Assembly: GCA_043804515.1 (NCBI GenBank)
Contig: JAZDIZ010000025.1
Location: forward strand, 1-27,969
Origin: Pseudomonadota bacterium
Lineage (GTDB): Bacteria > Bdellovibrionota_G > JALEGL01 > DATDPG01
DNA: 27,969 nt
Direction of reading: 5' to 3'
Shown here: piece after piece, positions 16,263 through 24,849 of the stretch
Numbering within the stretch: the stretch's first letter is position 1
Layout of the letters: each line of letters starts with the position of its first letter
Notes under the pieces: model-generated
Database searches by the model: none
The model's input: the letters and a program-made list of their open reading frames with translations, nothing else
What the model was told of the DNA's origin: nothing
Made by a program: the position numbers and the translations under genes

Positions 16263-17420
16263 GTGGGTTTCTGTACGAGAAAGAGCGTCATCCTCGCCCC
16301 GATCTTCTCGAAGGTGGGGATTTTACTGGGCATTTGGGTGCTTCTCCTGGCCGCGTGTGACTCCTCTACGCCGATGACGAATCGCTCTGCCGTCGCCGCC
16401 GCTCAAGCGCGGGCGGAAATGGCGACTCAGTCCGCTCGCGATGAAGAAGCCCGCAGAAATTCTCTCACCTTGCCCCCGACGCAGGGCCAGGCAAAGGCTC
16501 CAGCCCCCGCTCCGGCTGAAACGACCCTCAGGGCGAGTCCTCCAACGCTGACGCGGGCGCCGGCTCCGCCCCCTCCGGTCTCGGGTCCCGTTACCGCGCC
16601 GCCACCTCCGCCAGCAAGGCTAGGCTTTGTCGGCAGCGGACAAGGAACGGAAACCGGCCGTATCCTGGAGTTTCCATACATCCGGGAGAATCAGCTTATT
16701 CCCGTGGTGTTCCCCGGCTACGCGCAAAAGGGGACGGAATCGCTCACGCTCACCAAGAAGGGATTCTCTTTTTCAGGGCCTCTCCGGTTACCGGGCGCGG
16801 GTGTTTTTCCCCTTGCCGAGCCGGACGCGAGCGCTCCAAAACCCGAATACATCGACACACTGCAGACACCCAACGGGGCGTTTCTCCGGATCGAAAACGT
16901 CAATCTCAACGAGTCTGCCGTGGATGCGATTCACGGCGAGTATCGATATCCGGTAGCGGGAAAACCCGGCTCGACGAAGCCGGTTGAATTTTTCATTCTT
17001 TATGCCGCGAAAAAGGCTCTCACGGAGATCGACTCACGGGTTGCTCCTCCCGAATGGGGGGAACTGCCCCAAACAAAGGGATGGCCGGCTTATCTCCTGA
17101 CGCCCGGATTCGGAGGTTACGCCACACCATTGTCCACGGCCACACTGACACTCACAGAGCAGAATGGGGACCTCTCAATGGCTATTCGACGGAGGGGGAC
17201 CGACGCCAAAGCCTGGGTGCCCGTGTCCATCAAGGATCGCAACGCCCAACCTCTGGACACCCATACTCCAAAATCGAAGCAGGTTCGTATCCTTCGCTCT
17301 GAATCGAATCACAGAGCCATATTGATCGGGTCCGTCAAGGCCGGCCGTGTCGAGACCTGGTTCGTCGCCGTGGCTCCCGATTCGATGCCCACCGTCCGGA
17401 CGGCTTCCGCCGGAAGGTGA
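16263..17420 (+). CDS. Hypothetical lipoprotein with Pro/Ala-rich linker
   Basis: LLLAAC lipobox; APAPAPA...PPPP linker; beta-rich remainder with no recognised domain; start uncertain. Confidence 0.75.
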   Translation: MGFCTRKSVILAPIFSKVGILLGIWVLLLAACDSSTPMTNRSAVAAAQARAEMATQSARDEEARRNSLTLPPTQGQAKAPAPAPAETTLRASPPTLTRAPAPPPPVSGPVTAPPPPPARLGFVGSGQGTETGRILEFPYIRENQLIPVVFPGYAQKGTESLTLTKKGFSFSGPLRLPGAGVFPLAEPDASAPKPEYIDTLQTPNGAFLRIENVNLNESAVDAIHGEYRYPVAGKPGSTKPVEFFILYAAKKALTEIDSRVAPPEWGELPQTKGWPAYLLTPGFGGYATPLSTATLTLTEQNGDLSMAIRRRGTDAKAWVPVSIKDRNAQPLDTHTPKSKQVRILRSESNHRAILIGSVKAGRVETWFVAVAPDSMPTVRTASAGR

Positions 17421-18720
17421 CCCGGAGGGGGATTCCCTCCAATTCCAACGCTTTTCCGATCGCGTTCCGCCAATAGCGTTCGAGTTCCGTGTAGGCCAGG
17501 CGAGGATCGTTGCACCAAACAAAAAAAGTCGGCGGGCCTTCCTCGTCGGATTGAGAGAGGGAGTGCAAAATGAGCCTTCCCTCCGAGCGGCCCACCCCCA
17601 AATCGATGGATGAGACCGATTCAAACACGGCCTTGAGAGCCTCACTCGAGAACCGCTTCCGAAGCCGTTGGCGGATACGCCACGCCTCCGTCAGGATCTG
17701 ATCCGTGCCGGCGCCTGTCTTCGCGGAGACAAACTTAAGGGCGGCGAAGCGGAGAAATTGAGCCTCCGCGTACGCGTCGTCCCTGAACCGGTTGCGCCGG
17801 CCCGGGCCGTCCTCAAGCAAATCCCATTTGTTGGCCGCCAGGACCAGCCCGGCTCCCTTCTCGACGACCGCTGCCGCAATGCGGGCGTCTTGGGTCGTAA
17901 GCGATTCGGCGGCGTCGAGCACGAGAACGGAGACGTCCGACCGTTCGACGGCGCGCAATGCCCTCACCGCCGAGAATTCTTCCACCGTACCCGACATCTT
18001 CGGCCGGCGCCGTACGCCGGCGGTGTCCAGGAGCAAGAATTTTTTCTCCCCGCTCTCCACCGAGATGTCGATGACATCCCGGGTCGTGCCCGGCACTTCG
18101 GACACCAGGAGCCTCGGTTCACGGAGGATCCGGTTGATGAGCGACGACTTGCCGACGTTGGGCCTGCCGACGAAGGCCACCGATACGGTCCCCTCCTCCT
18201 CAGGCTTCGCCGCCGCATCATCGGTTTCGGGGAGGGCCTTTAAAATCGCTTCCCGGACATCTTCCAGACCCGATTTGTGTTCGGCCGAGATCTCGATCAA
18301 CGGTCTAAGGCCGAACTTGCGGAATTCGTCCGTGAGGAGATCTCTCGCCCCGGGATCCGCTTTGTTCGCGATCGCCACAGTAGGTTTTCCCGTCTTCCGG
18401 ACGGCCGTTACGAGCACCTCGTCGGCCGGCAACGGTCCCTCGCGAGCGTCGAAGAGAAGAAGAATCACGTCGGCCTCATCCAGGCTCTGTCGAACCTGGC
18501 TCTCCACCATGCGCTGGACTTCGGTTTCTTCGGACTCGGCCCCGTAGCCTCCGGTGTCCACGAGCCAGACCTCTCTCCCGCCGAGATTCAGACGAGCGAA
18601 GACCCGGTCCCGCGTGACACCGGGTTGATCGTGGACGATGGAACGGCTCTGCCCCAAGAGTCGATTGAACAGTGTCGATTTGCCAACGTTGGGTCGGCCT
18701 GCGATCACTACCGTGGCCAT
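17335..18720 (-). CDS. der: Ribosome biogenesis GTPase Der (EngA)
   Basis: Two G-domains (GRPNVGKS twice, DTGG/DTAG, NKAD/NKWD) and a KH-like C-terminus. Confidence 0.96.
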   Translation of the reverse strand: MATVVIAGRPNVGKSTLFNRLLGQSRSIVHDQPGVTRDRVFARLNLGGREVWLVDTGGYGAESEETEVQRMVESQVRQSLDEADVILLLFDAREGPLPADEVLVTAVRKTGKPTVAIANKADPGARDLLTDEFRKFGLRPLIEISAEHKSGLEDVREAILKALPETDDAAAKPEEEGTVSVAFVGRPNVGKSSLINRILREPRLLVSEVPGTTRDVIDISVESGEKKFLLLDTAGVRRRPKMSGTVEEFSAVRALRAVERSDVSVLVLDAAESLTTQDARIAAAVVEKGAGLVLAANKWDLLEDGPGRRNRFRDDAYAEAQFLRFAALKFVSAKTGAGTDQILTEAWRIRQRLRKRFSSEALKAVFESVSSIDLGVGRSEGRLILHSLSQSDEEGPPTFFVWCNDPRLAYTELERYWRNAIGKALELEGIPLRVTFRRKPSGRWASNREPRRRTRSRHGRP

Positions 18721-18724
18721 ACGG

Positions 18725-19465
18725 TCACTCGACCCCCGACGGGGTCTCCTTCAGTTCCTCTTGAAGCGTCGCGATAGCTTCCTGCGCACTCAGTTGTTCG
18801 GAATCCTTCTTGCTCTTGGCTTTGCCTCGGCCGTACACCTTTTCGTCGATCACGACCTCCGATTCGAAGACCTTCTCGTGGTCGGGGCCCACCTCGAAGA
18901 CGAGCCGATATACGGGGGTCTTCTTGAGCACCCGTTGGGTCAGCTCCTGCAGCGTCGTTTTGTAATCCACTCTGACACCGGGATCGCCGAGACACTCCAA
19001 AGGCTCCTTCAAGGCGTCGACGACGAAGCGCTTCGCATCCTCGAAGCCTTGCGAGAGATAGACGGCCGCCAGAACGGCCTCGAAGGCGTTCGCCAGAATG
19101 GAATCTTTCTTCCGCCCTTGCGTCAGCTCCTCCCCGCGCCCCAGACGGAGGAAATCCCCTAACTCCAGAACACGAGCCGCCTGGGCGAGGCTCCTCTCGT
19201 TCACGACAGCCGACCGGTACTTGGAAAGAGTCCCTTCGCTCTCCTCGGGGTGGCGGGTCATCAGATAATCGCTCACGGCCAAGGCCAGGACGGCGTCTCC
19301 CAGAAATTCGTAGCGCTCGTTGTCCTTGAGGCTCCGCTCCGGAATTTCATTCGCATACGACCGATGCGTGAGCGCCTCCTCGAGCCGGCTGGGATCGTTC
19401 AGGGGACGGCCGATGGCTTGTGCGATCCGATCGATGAGCGGTCCCAAATCCTCCGACACGGTCAC
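18725..19465 (-). CDS. rnc: Ribonuclease III
   Basis: ALTHRSY, NERYEFLGDAVL, ANAFEA and dsRBD (DYKTTLQE...GPDHEKVF). Confidence 0.97.
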   Translation of the reverse strand: MTVSEDLGPLIDRIAQAIGRPLNDPSRLEEALTHRSYANEIPERSLKDNERYEFLGDAVLALAVSDYLMTRHPEESEGTLSKYRSAVVNERSLAQAARVLELGDFLRLGRGEELTQGRKKDSILANAFEAVLAAVYLSQGFEDAKRFVVDALKEPLECLGDPGVRVDYKTTLQELTQRVLKKTPVYRLVFEVGPDHEKVFESEVVIDEKVYGRGKAKSKKDSEQLSAQEAIATLQEELKETPSGVE

Positions 19466-20772
19466 ACCGCCTCTCCGACCAGAGTTTCTCCCTCCGAGCG
19501 ATTCAGGCGCACGTCGATTTCATTTTCCATCAGCCGGTCCGGCCCTTCCAACCGCACGGGAACATAGTGAGGCGTATACCCGGTAAGACAACCCTTTTCA
19601 TCCCGTTTCTTTTCCACCAGGACGGGTTGGACGGATCCGATGAACGATGCCTGGAACGCCCGCCGTTTCCGTTCTCCAAGGTCGATCAAACGCTTCATCC
19701 GCCCATATTTGTCAGCGTCCGAGACGGCGCCGTCGAGCGTGGCCGCCCGCGTTCCGGGGCGCGCCGAAAAACGGAATACGTGCAAGAACGTGATCGGAAG
19801 TTTTTCGATCCATTCAACCGTTTGTTCGAAATCAACGCCGGTTTCGCCCGGAAAGCCCACCATCACGTCCGCTCCCAACCCCATCCGCGGCCTGGTTTGG
19901 ACCAGAGCTTGCACTCTCTCGGCATAGCGTTCGACGCGATATTTCCGGTTCATTCTTTGAAGAACCCGATCGCTCCCGCTCTGAAGGGGGACATGGAAGT
20001 GAGGCCGAATCTCTGGAAGTTCCTTCACCGCCCGGATCAAATCGGGCGTGAGAGCGGCCGGTTCAAGGGAGCTGACGCGGATCGCGAGCCCGGGTATTGT
20101 CCCGACGATTTCGCGAAGCGCGTCGGAGATGCGAACCCTCGGCCGAAGATCGCGGCCGAACGCTCCCATGTGTGTTCCCGTCAATACGATTTCCCGGAAA
20201 CCCGCGTGTTCGAAGGCCTTTGCTTGCTTGGTGAGTTCCTCCAAAGGCACGGATCGGCTCCGGCCACGGATGAACGGAAGGATGCAGAACGAGCAATACG
20301 CATTGCATCCGTCCTGCATTTTCAAGAAGGCGCGCGTCCGCCCCGCGAAGTGGGACGTGGGTGCCGTTTCTTCGCCGGTCGCGCGGCGAAGCCCCAGAAA
20401 CGCCGGAATTGCATAGTGATCCCGAATCGGGATCACGGAATTGACGCCTTCGATTCCTTCCAGCGTTTTCGGATCGGCCTGGGCATAACAACCCGTGACG
20501 ACGATTCGAGAGTCTGGGTGCTTTCGATGGATCTTCCTAAGAAACTGCCGCGCCTGCCGATCCGCCGATGACGTGACCGTGCACGTGTTGACGATCACCA
20601 CATCGGGAGGCTCCTTCTCGTCCCTCAGGATCGAAACCCCCGAGTGCCGTTCCAGGTCGGATTCAATGGAAACGGTGTCCGCGAGATTCACCTTGCAACC
20701 GAACGTGTACGTCCGCACCCGAAGGCGGGGCTTCGGTTCGAACTTCGGGAGGTACGCCGGAAGTGCCTGCAT
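19462..20772 (-). CDS. mtaB: tRNA t6A37 methylthiotransferase
   Basis: TFGCKVN, NTCTVT, VTGCYAQ, radical-SAM GCNAYCSFC, HVFRFSARPGT. Confidence 0.92.
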   Translation of the reverse strand: MQALPAYLPKFEPKPRLRVRTYTFGCKVNLADTVSIESDLERHSGVSILRDEKEPPDVVIVNTCTVTSSADRQARQFLRKIHRKHPDSRIVVTGCYAQADPKTLEGIEGVNSVIPIRDHYAIPAFLGLRRATGEETAPTSHFAGRTRAFLKMQDGCNAYCSFCILPFIRGRSRSVPLEELTKQAKAFEHAGFREIVLTGTHMGAFGRDLRPRVRISDALREIVGTIPGLAIRVSSLEPAALTPDLIRAVKELPEIRPHFHVPLQSGSDRVLQRMNRKYRVERYAERVQALVQTRPRMGLGADVMVGFPGETGVDFEQTVEWIEKLPITFLHVFRFSARPGTRAATLDGAVSDADKYGRMKRLIDLGERKRRAFQASFIGSVQPVLVEKKRDEKGCLTGYTPHYVPVRLEGPDRLMENEIDVRLNRSEGETLVGEAV

Positions 20773-20780
20773 TTCCAGCG

Positions 20781-20808
20781 GTTATATTCAGACACGATGC
20801 GGAGTCAA
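20781..20808 (-). promoter_or_regulatory. Sigma70-type promoter of the mtaB-rnc-der operon
   Basis: TTGACT-N16-TATAAC, 8 nt before ATG 20772. Confidence 0.55.
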
Positions 20809-20962
20809 GGCGACGTACTAAATCTCCAAGAAACATCGCCCGTAGTGCCCGGCGTACAAAAAAATGCGCACCACTGAACCATTTTTCGGCACCTGAAGAA
20901 GAGGAAGGGCTCAAGGTGTGTTAAAAAGACAGTTGATTTTAACCACTTAGGCTAGGGCCGTC

Positions 20963-20978
20963 TGGCACGCTGATTGCT
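20963..20978 (+). promoter_or_regulatory. Sigma54 (-24/-12) promoter
   Basis: TGGCACG-CTGA-TTGCT, exact consensus with GG-N10-GC spacing, preceded by an AT-rich tract. Confidence 0.85.
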
Positions 20979-20992
20979 GATCCATTAGGATC

Positions 20993-21706
20993 ATGACATT
21001 CAAGCGCCTAAAACCACCCGTCCTTTGGATCGCCGGTTTCGCCGCGGGCGTCGCTTTCGTCATATCTTGCGGAAGCAAGGGAATCGATGGCGTGCAGGTG
21101 CTGGCGCAAATCGTCGCACATGCGATTGATGTGGCTTACGACAATGCCGTAAGCGGCCTTTTGTCCACCACCGTTCAGGCCGCCATCGACGAGCTGGCTG
21201 CGAAGCAGAAGGCCGGCGATAATTCCCTGCAGACGCTGTCGGGAACCATTCCCCAGCGAATGACGTTCGAAGTGAACGGCTCGGGCCCCGATTCCGCCTG
21301 CGTTGTCAAAGACCTGAAGGATTTGTGCGGAGGGAACGACGGTTGCCAGATTCGATACGTGCTGAAGGAAAAGGCGGCCACCAAGGTTTATGTCTTCACG
21401 GCGAGCCTCTTTCTCGCGCCTTACAACTCAACCCAAACGGCAGCGAGCTACACGGGCGTAAACAGGAACATACACTTCATTTGGGGCGACGGGGCGATCA
21501 CGGGGGAGGGCAACTATCCGTGGATCGAAAACGGCTGGGAAGTGAATAACGTGGCTGTGGGGGAAGGAATCCCCGACAACACGGTGTGCCCGTCTCTGAC
21601 GGCGGGCACCGACCCACCGTACACGTCGGGTGTGGAACTCCCCGCGGGTCAGCTCGTGTTCCGCGTCCCCAACAACATCGACGCTTTCATCACCGTTATG
21701 AAATGA
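20993..21706 (+). CDS. Hypothetical lipoprotein with a fibre-neck-like motif
   Basis: VISC lipobox-like; AIDVAYDNAVSGLLSTTVQAAIDEL motif; 4 Cys in the C-terminal beta-rich domain. Confidence 0.78.
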   Translation: MTFKRLKPPVLWIAGFAAGVAFVISCGSKGIDGVQVLAQIVAHAIDVAYDNAVSGLLSTTVQAAIDELAAKQKAGDNSLQTLSGTIPQRMTFEVNGSGPDSACVVKDLKDLCGGNDGCQIRYVLKEKAATKVYVFTASLFLAPYNSTQTAASYTGVNRNIHFIWGDGAITGEGNYPWIENGWEVNNVAVGEGIPDNTVCPSLTAGTDPPYTSGVELPAGQLVFRVPNNIDAFITVMK

Positions 21707-21777
21707 ACTCGACGGCCGGCGGTCGAGTCGACACCCCTTTCTCGCCGTAGAAGCGGATTCGGGTAGAATCATGCGGT

Positions 21778-22317
21778 ATGGCGCGGCGGAAATGGATCGG
21801 CGCTTTCGGCGGGAGCTTCGACCCGCCGCACTTGGGGCATCTTCTGGCCGCCGTCTACGCCCTCAAAGTCTTCGAACTGGACGAGGTCTGGTTCGTCCCC
21901 GCGTATCAACACGCGTTCGGAAAGAAACTGTCCCCATTTTCCAAGCGCCTCCGGATGTGCCGGGAGTTGATCAAAGGCTTGGGCCTTAAGCTTAAGATCT
22001 CGACGATCGAAAGAGAAATCCGGAGCGACGGGAAAATGCTCCGCACGCTTCTGGCCCTCAGGAAGCGTCACAGACACTCCCGCTTCTCGCTGGTGATCGG
22101 ATCCGACATCCTCCGGCAGAAGCGAAGGTGGTACCGCTTCAGCGAAATCGAAAAGAGGTTCGGGATCCTCGTGGTGCCCCGGGGCTCCGCCCCAGCCGGA
22201 AATATCGCCATTCCTGATGTATCGAGCACCGAAGTCCGGCGACGATTGAGACGCCGCAAGCCCCTGGACAATCTCCTGACGCCGGCCGTGGCGGCACTAT
22301 GGAAAAGATTGACATGA
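21778..22317 (+). CDS. nadD: Nicotinate-nucleotide adenylyltransferase
   Basis: FGGSFDPPHLGH, LVIGSD and VSSTEVR. Confidence 0.93.
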   Translation: MARRKWIGAFGGSFDPPHLGHLLAAVYALKVFELDEVWFVPAYQHAFGKKLSPFSKRLRMCRELIKGLGLKLKISTIEREIRSDGKMLRTLLALRKRHRHSRFSLVIGSDILRQKRRWYRFSEIEKRFGILVVPRGSAPAGNIAIPDVSSTEVRRRLRRRKPLDNLLTPAVAALWKRLT

Positions 22318-22344
22318 ATGGCGCGACGCGTTACTAGCCTCTCC

Positions 22345-22983
22345 ATGAAAGCTCGACATGCACTGAAGTTCGGGTTTCTCTTTTTTTCGGCAAGCGCGAT
22401 ATTCCCCACGACATCCCCGGCGGGGGAACTGTCCGAGGGTGGATATGTGCACTCCGACGAATGCCAAGAAAATCTTGAACGACTTCAGACAGCCTACGGG
22501 GACTGTAGAACAGCCTACGGGGACTGTAGAGACAACCTCATTGATGCTCGATGGCAGATCCGGGATTTGCGTGCCGCTTTTGCGAGTTCACAGGCATCTT
22601 ACGAGGAGTTGCGTAAGGCAAATCTTGCGCTTAAGCGCGAAAACCACCGGTTCCGAGTTCAAAGGACTCAAAGCGCCTTCAAGACCTATCGAACGATTCC
22701 GCTTCAACAATCATATGATGAAGTATCAAAATGGCATTGGGATCCCGCGAACTTCCTTAGGTTCTACGTCCGCCCGTCGGTTAACGATAGCTATCACGTC
22801 CCTGAAGTTGCGTACCAACTCCAGCCCTACGAATTTGTCACCGGTATCAGCCGGCCCTCGTGTGGATTGCGGCGTAAGTTACCCACGGCCTGGGTTTGTG
22901 AGAGTGAGGTTACGACGTCGATTCTCGTGGGAAGTGATGGCAAATCCGTCGACGGCAACGGCGACTCGTCCCCGGACGACTAA
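22345..22983 (+). CDS. Hypothetical exported coiled-coil protein
   Basis: Signal-peptide-like MKARHALKFGFLFFSASAIF; heptad region; start is ATG 22345 or 22318. Confidence 0.62.
   Translation: MKARHALKFGFLFFSASAIFPTTSPAGELSEGGYVHSDECQENLERLQTAYGDCRTAYGDCRDNLIDARWQIRDLRAAFASSQASYEELRKANLALKRENHRFRVQRTQSAFKTYRTIPLQQSYDEVSKWHWDPANFLRFYVRPSVNDSYHVPEVAYQLQPYEFVTGISRPSCGLRRKLPTAWVCESEVTTSILVGSDGKSVDGNGDSSPDD
22489..22530 (+). repeat. Perfect 21-bp tandem duplication (TAYGDCR x2)
   Basis: ACAGCCTACGGGGACTGTAGA at 22489-22509 and 22510-22530. Confidence 0.95.
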
Positions 22984-23082
22984 CCGCTACATTTACAAAC
23001 GAAGTCCTGATAGCTGAGGACGGCGGTCTGCCCTGGGGTGATGGCGCGCTGGGGTTTTTCCGTCTTCATGGAACGCGTGAGA

Positions 23083-23463
23083 TTACCGGGGTTGTTCACT
23101 CGGCTCAACCGGTCGGCCTACGGCTAAAAACGGCCGCAGCTTTTCGATCCGCTTCGGGCCCAGCCCCCGAATTTCTCTCAGGTCGTCCATCGACCGGAAA
23201 TGTCCTTTTTTGAGGCGTTCTTTCAGTATCTTTTCGGCCGTTCTGGGACCGATTCCCGGTACCGACATCAGATCTTGTGCACCGGCTCGATTTAAATCCA
23301 CCGGCCCTCTCAAAACAGCCGGCACGCTCACGGAAATTGTTTCATTTTCAATAGGTTGCACCGCCTGAGGGTCCAATGGCGACGTTCGATAAAGAAGCGT
23401 CGCGCCAAAAACCCCGGAAAGGACCGCGAGGAGAAAAAACTGAGGTAAGTCTAATAATTTCAA
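23083..23463 (-). CDS. comEA: ComEA-family helix-hairpin-helix DNA-binding protein
   Basis: N-terminal TM; VDLNRAGAQDLMSVPGIGPRTAEKI...FRSMDDLREIRGLGPK. Confidence 0.9.
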   Translation of the reverse strand: MKLLDLPQFFLLAVLSGVFGATLLYRTSPLDPQAVQPIENETISVSVPAVLRGPVDLNRAGAQDLMSVPGIGPRTAEKILKERLKKGHFRSMDDLREIRGLGPKRIEKLRPFLAVGRPVEPSEQPR

Positions 23464-23607
23464 ATGGTTAACCTAGAATCGTTATCTTGACACCCCCCCG
23501 GAACGGCGCTACCAATCTTTGAGAGAAGAATACTTCGCCATTTTTTCTCCGAGTCGCCAGGTGACGAAAACCGAAAGGTGATCCACCTGGCGTACTTGTT
23601 TCTGGTG

Positions 23608-24849
23608 TCAGTTCGGCTCTTTCGCCAATCCGAATTCGTCATGCAAAGCCCGGACCGCAAGTTCGGCGTACCGGTCGTCAATGACGCAGGAAATCTTGAT
23701 GTCTGACGTGGAGACGGCGTGCACTTCGATCTTTTCCCGTGCAAGTGCCCGGAACATCTGGGCGGCCACGCCGGAATGTGAGCGCATGCCGAGACCCACG
23801 GTGGACACTTTGGCGACCCGTTCGTGGGAAAGCACTTGGATGTCCCTTCCCGTCTTCGCGATTTGTCCGGCTATGGAAAGCGCCGTTGCGTAATTTTCCC
23901 GTGGCACCGTGAACGTCAGGTTGGTCAGCCCCTCGTTATTCCGATCCTGGACGATGACATCCACAAGGATCTGGGCATCCGCAAGGGCGCTGAACAGCTT
24001 CGTGGCCGAGTGAATCGGGTCCGGCAAGTGCCTGATCGAGATCTTCGATTCCTTGCGGTCACACGTGATCGCGGCGACAACGGTTCCTTCCATGATTCGA
24101 TCCTCCTCTGTAATCCAGGTACCCGGTCCTTCGGTTTCGAACGTCGAAAGCACGTGAACGGGAACCAGGTAGCGTTTGGCGAGCTGTACCGAACGGGCTT
24201 GGAGCACCTTCGCGCCCAGGTGCGCGAGTTCCAGCATCTCGTCGTACGACACGCGCGGAATGAGGCGCGCATCGGGACAAATCTGCGGGTCCGCTGTAAA
24301 AACGCCGGCCACGTCGGTGAAGATGTCGCAACGCTCCGCTTCCAATGCTGCAGCCAGAGCCACGGCCGAGAGGTCCGACCCCCCCCTTCCAAGCGTAGTG
24401 ACATCTCCACCTTCGGAAACACCTTGGAACCCGGTCACAACGACGACTTTCCCCTCCGAGAGGTGCTTGATGATCTTATGCGGCGCCACCGATTCGATCC
24501 GGGCGTCACCGAATGCGGACGTCGTGCGGATCGGGATCTGATCCGCCTGAAGCGTGAGAACGGGAATGCTCTTGGCGTGAAGTGCGATGGACAGGAGCGA
24601 GGCGCTGACCTGCTCCCCCGTCGCCACGAGCGCGTCCATTTCCCTGGGCGGAGGATTCGGTCCGAAGTGGCCGCCGAGCGTCAGCAGCCGGTCGGTTTCC
24701 CCGGCCATCGCGGAGACCACGACGACCAGCTTGTCCCCCTTGCTGTGGCTCGCGGCGATCCGTTCGGCCACCCACTCGATCCGGCTCAAGTCTCCGACGG
24801 AAGTTCCACCGAATTTCTGGACTACGATGCGGCCCAAGGGTTCCGTCAC
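23608..24849 (-). CDS. lysC: Aspartate kinase
   Basis: VQKFGGTSV, VVVVSAM, TLGRGGSD, TDVAGVFTADP and two ACT domains; GTG 24849 overlaps the upstream stop (alternative start TTG 24837). Confidence 0.96.
   Translation of the reverse strand: MTEPLGRIVVQKFGGTSVGDLSRIEWVAERIAASHSKGDKLVVVVSAMAGETDRLLTLGGHFGPNPPPREMDALVATGEQVSASLLSIALHAKSIPVLTLQADQIPIRTTSAFGDARIESVAPHKIIKHLSEGKVVVVTGFQGVSEGGDVTTLGRGGSDLSAVALAAALEAERCDIFTDVAGVFTADPQICPDARLIPRVSYDEMLELAHLGAKVLQARSVQLAKRYLVPVHVLSTFETEGPGTWITEEDRIMEGTVVAAITCDRKESKISIRHLPDPIHSATKLFSALADAQILVDVIVQDRNNEGLTNLTFTVPRENYATALSIAGQIAKTGRDIQVLSHERVAKVSTVGLGMRSHSGVAAQMFRALAREKIEVHAVSTSDIKISCVIDDRYAELAVRALHDEFGLAKEPN

Noticed and set aside
22978..23082. Integron attC after the orphan gene ending in TAAC
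   Set aside because: No complementary GTTRRRY end or L-box pairing, and no integrase.
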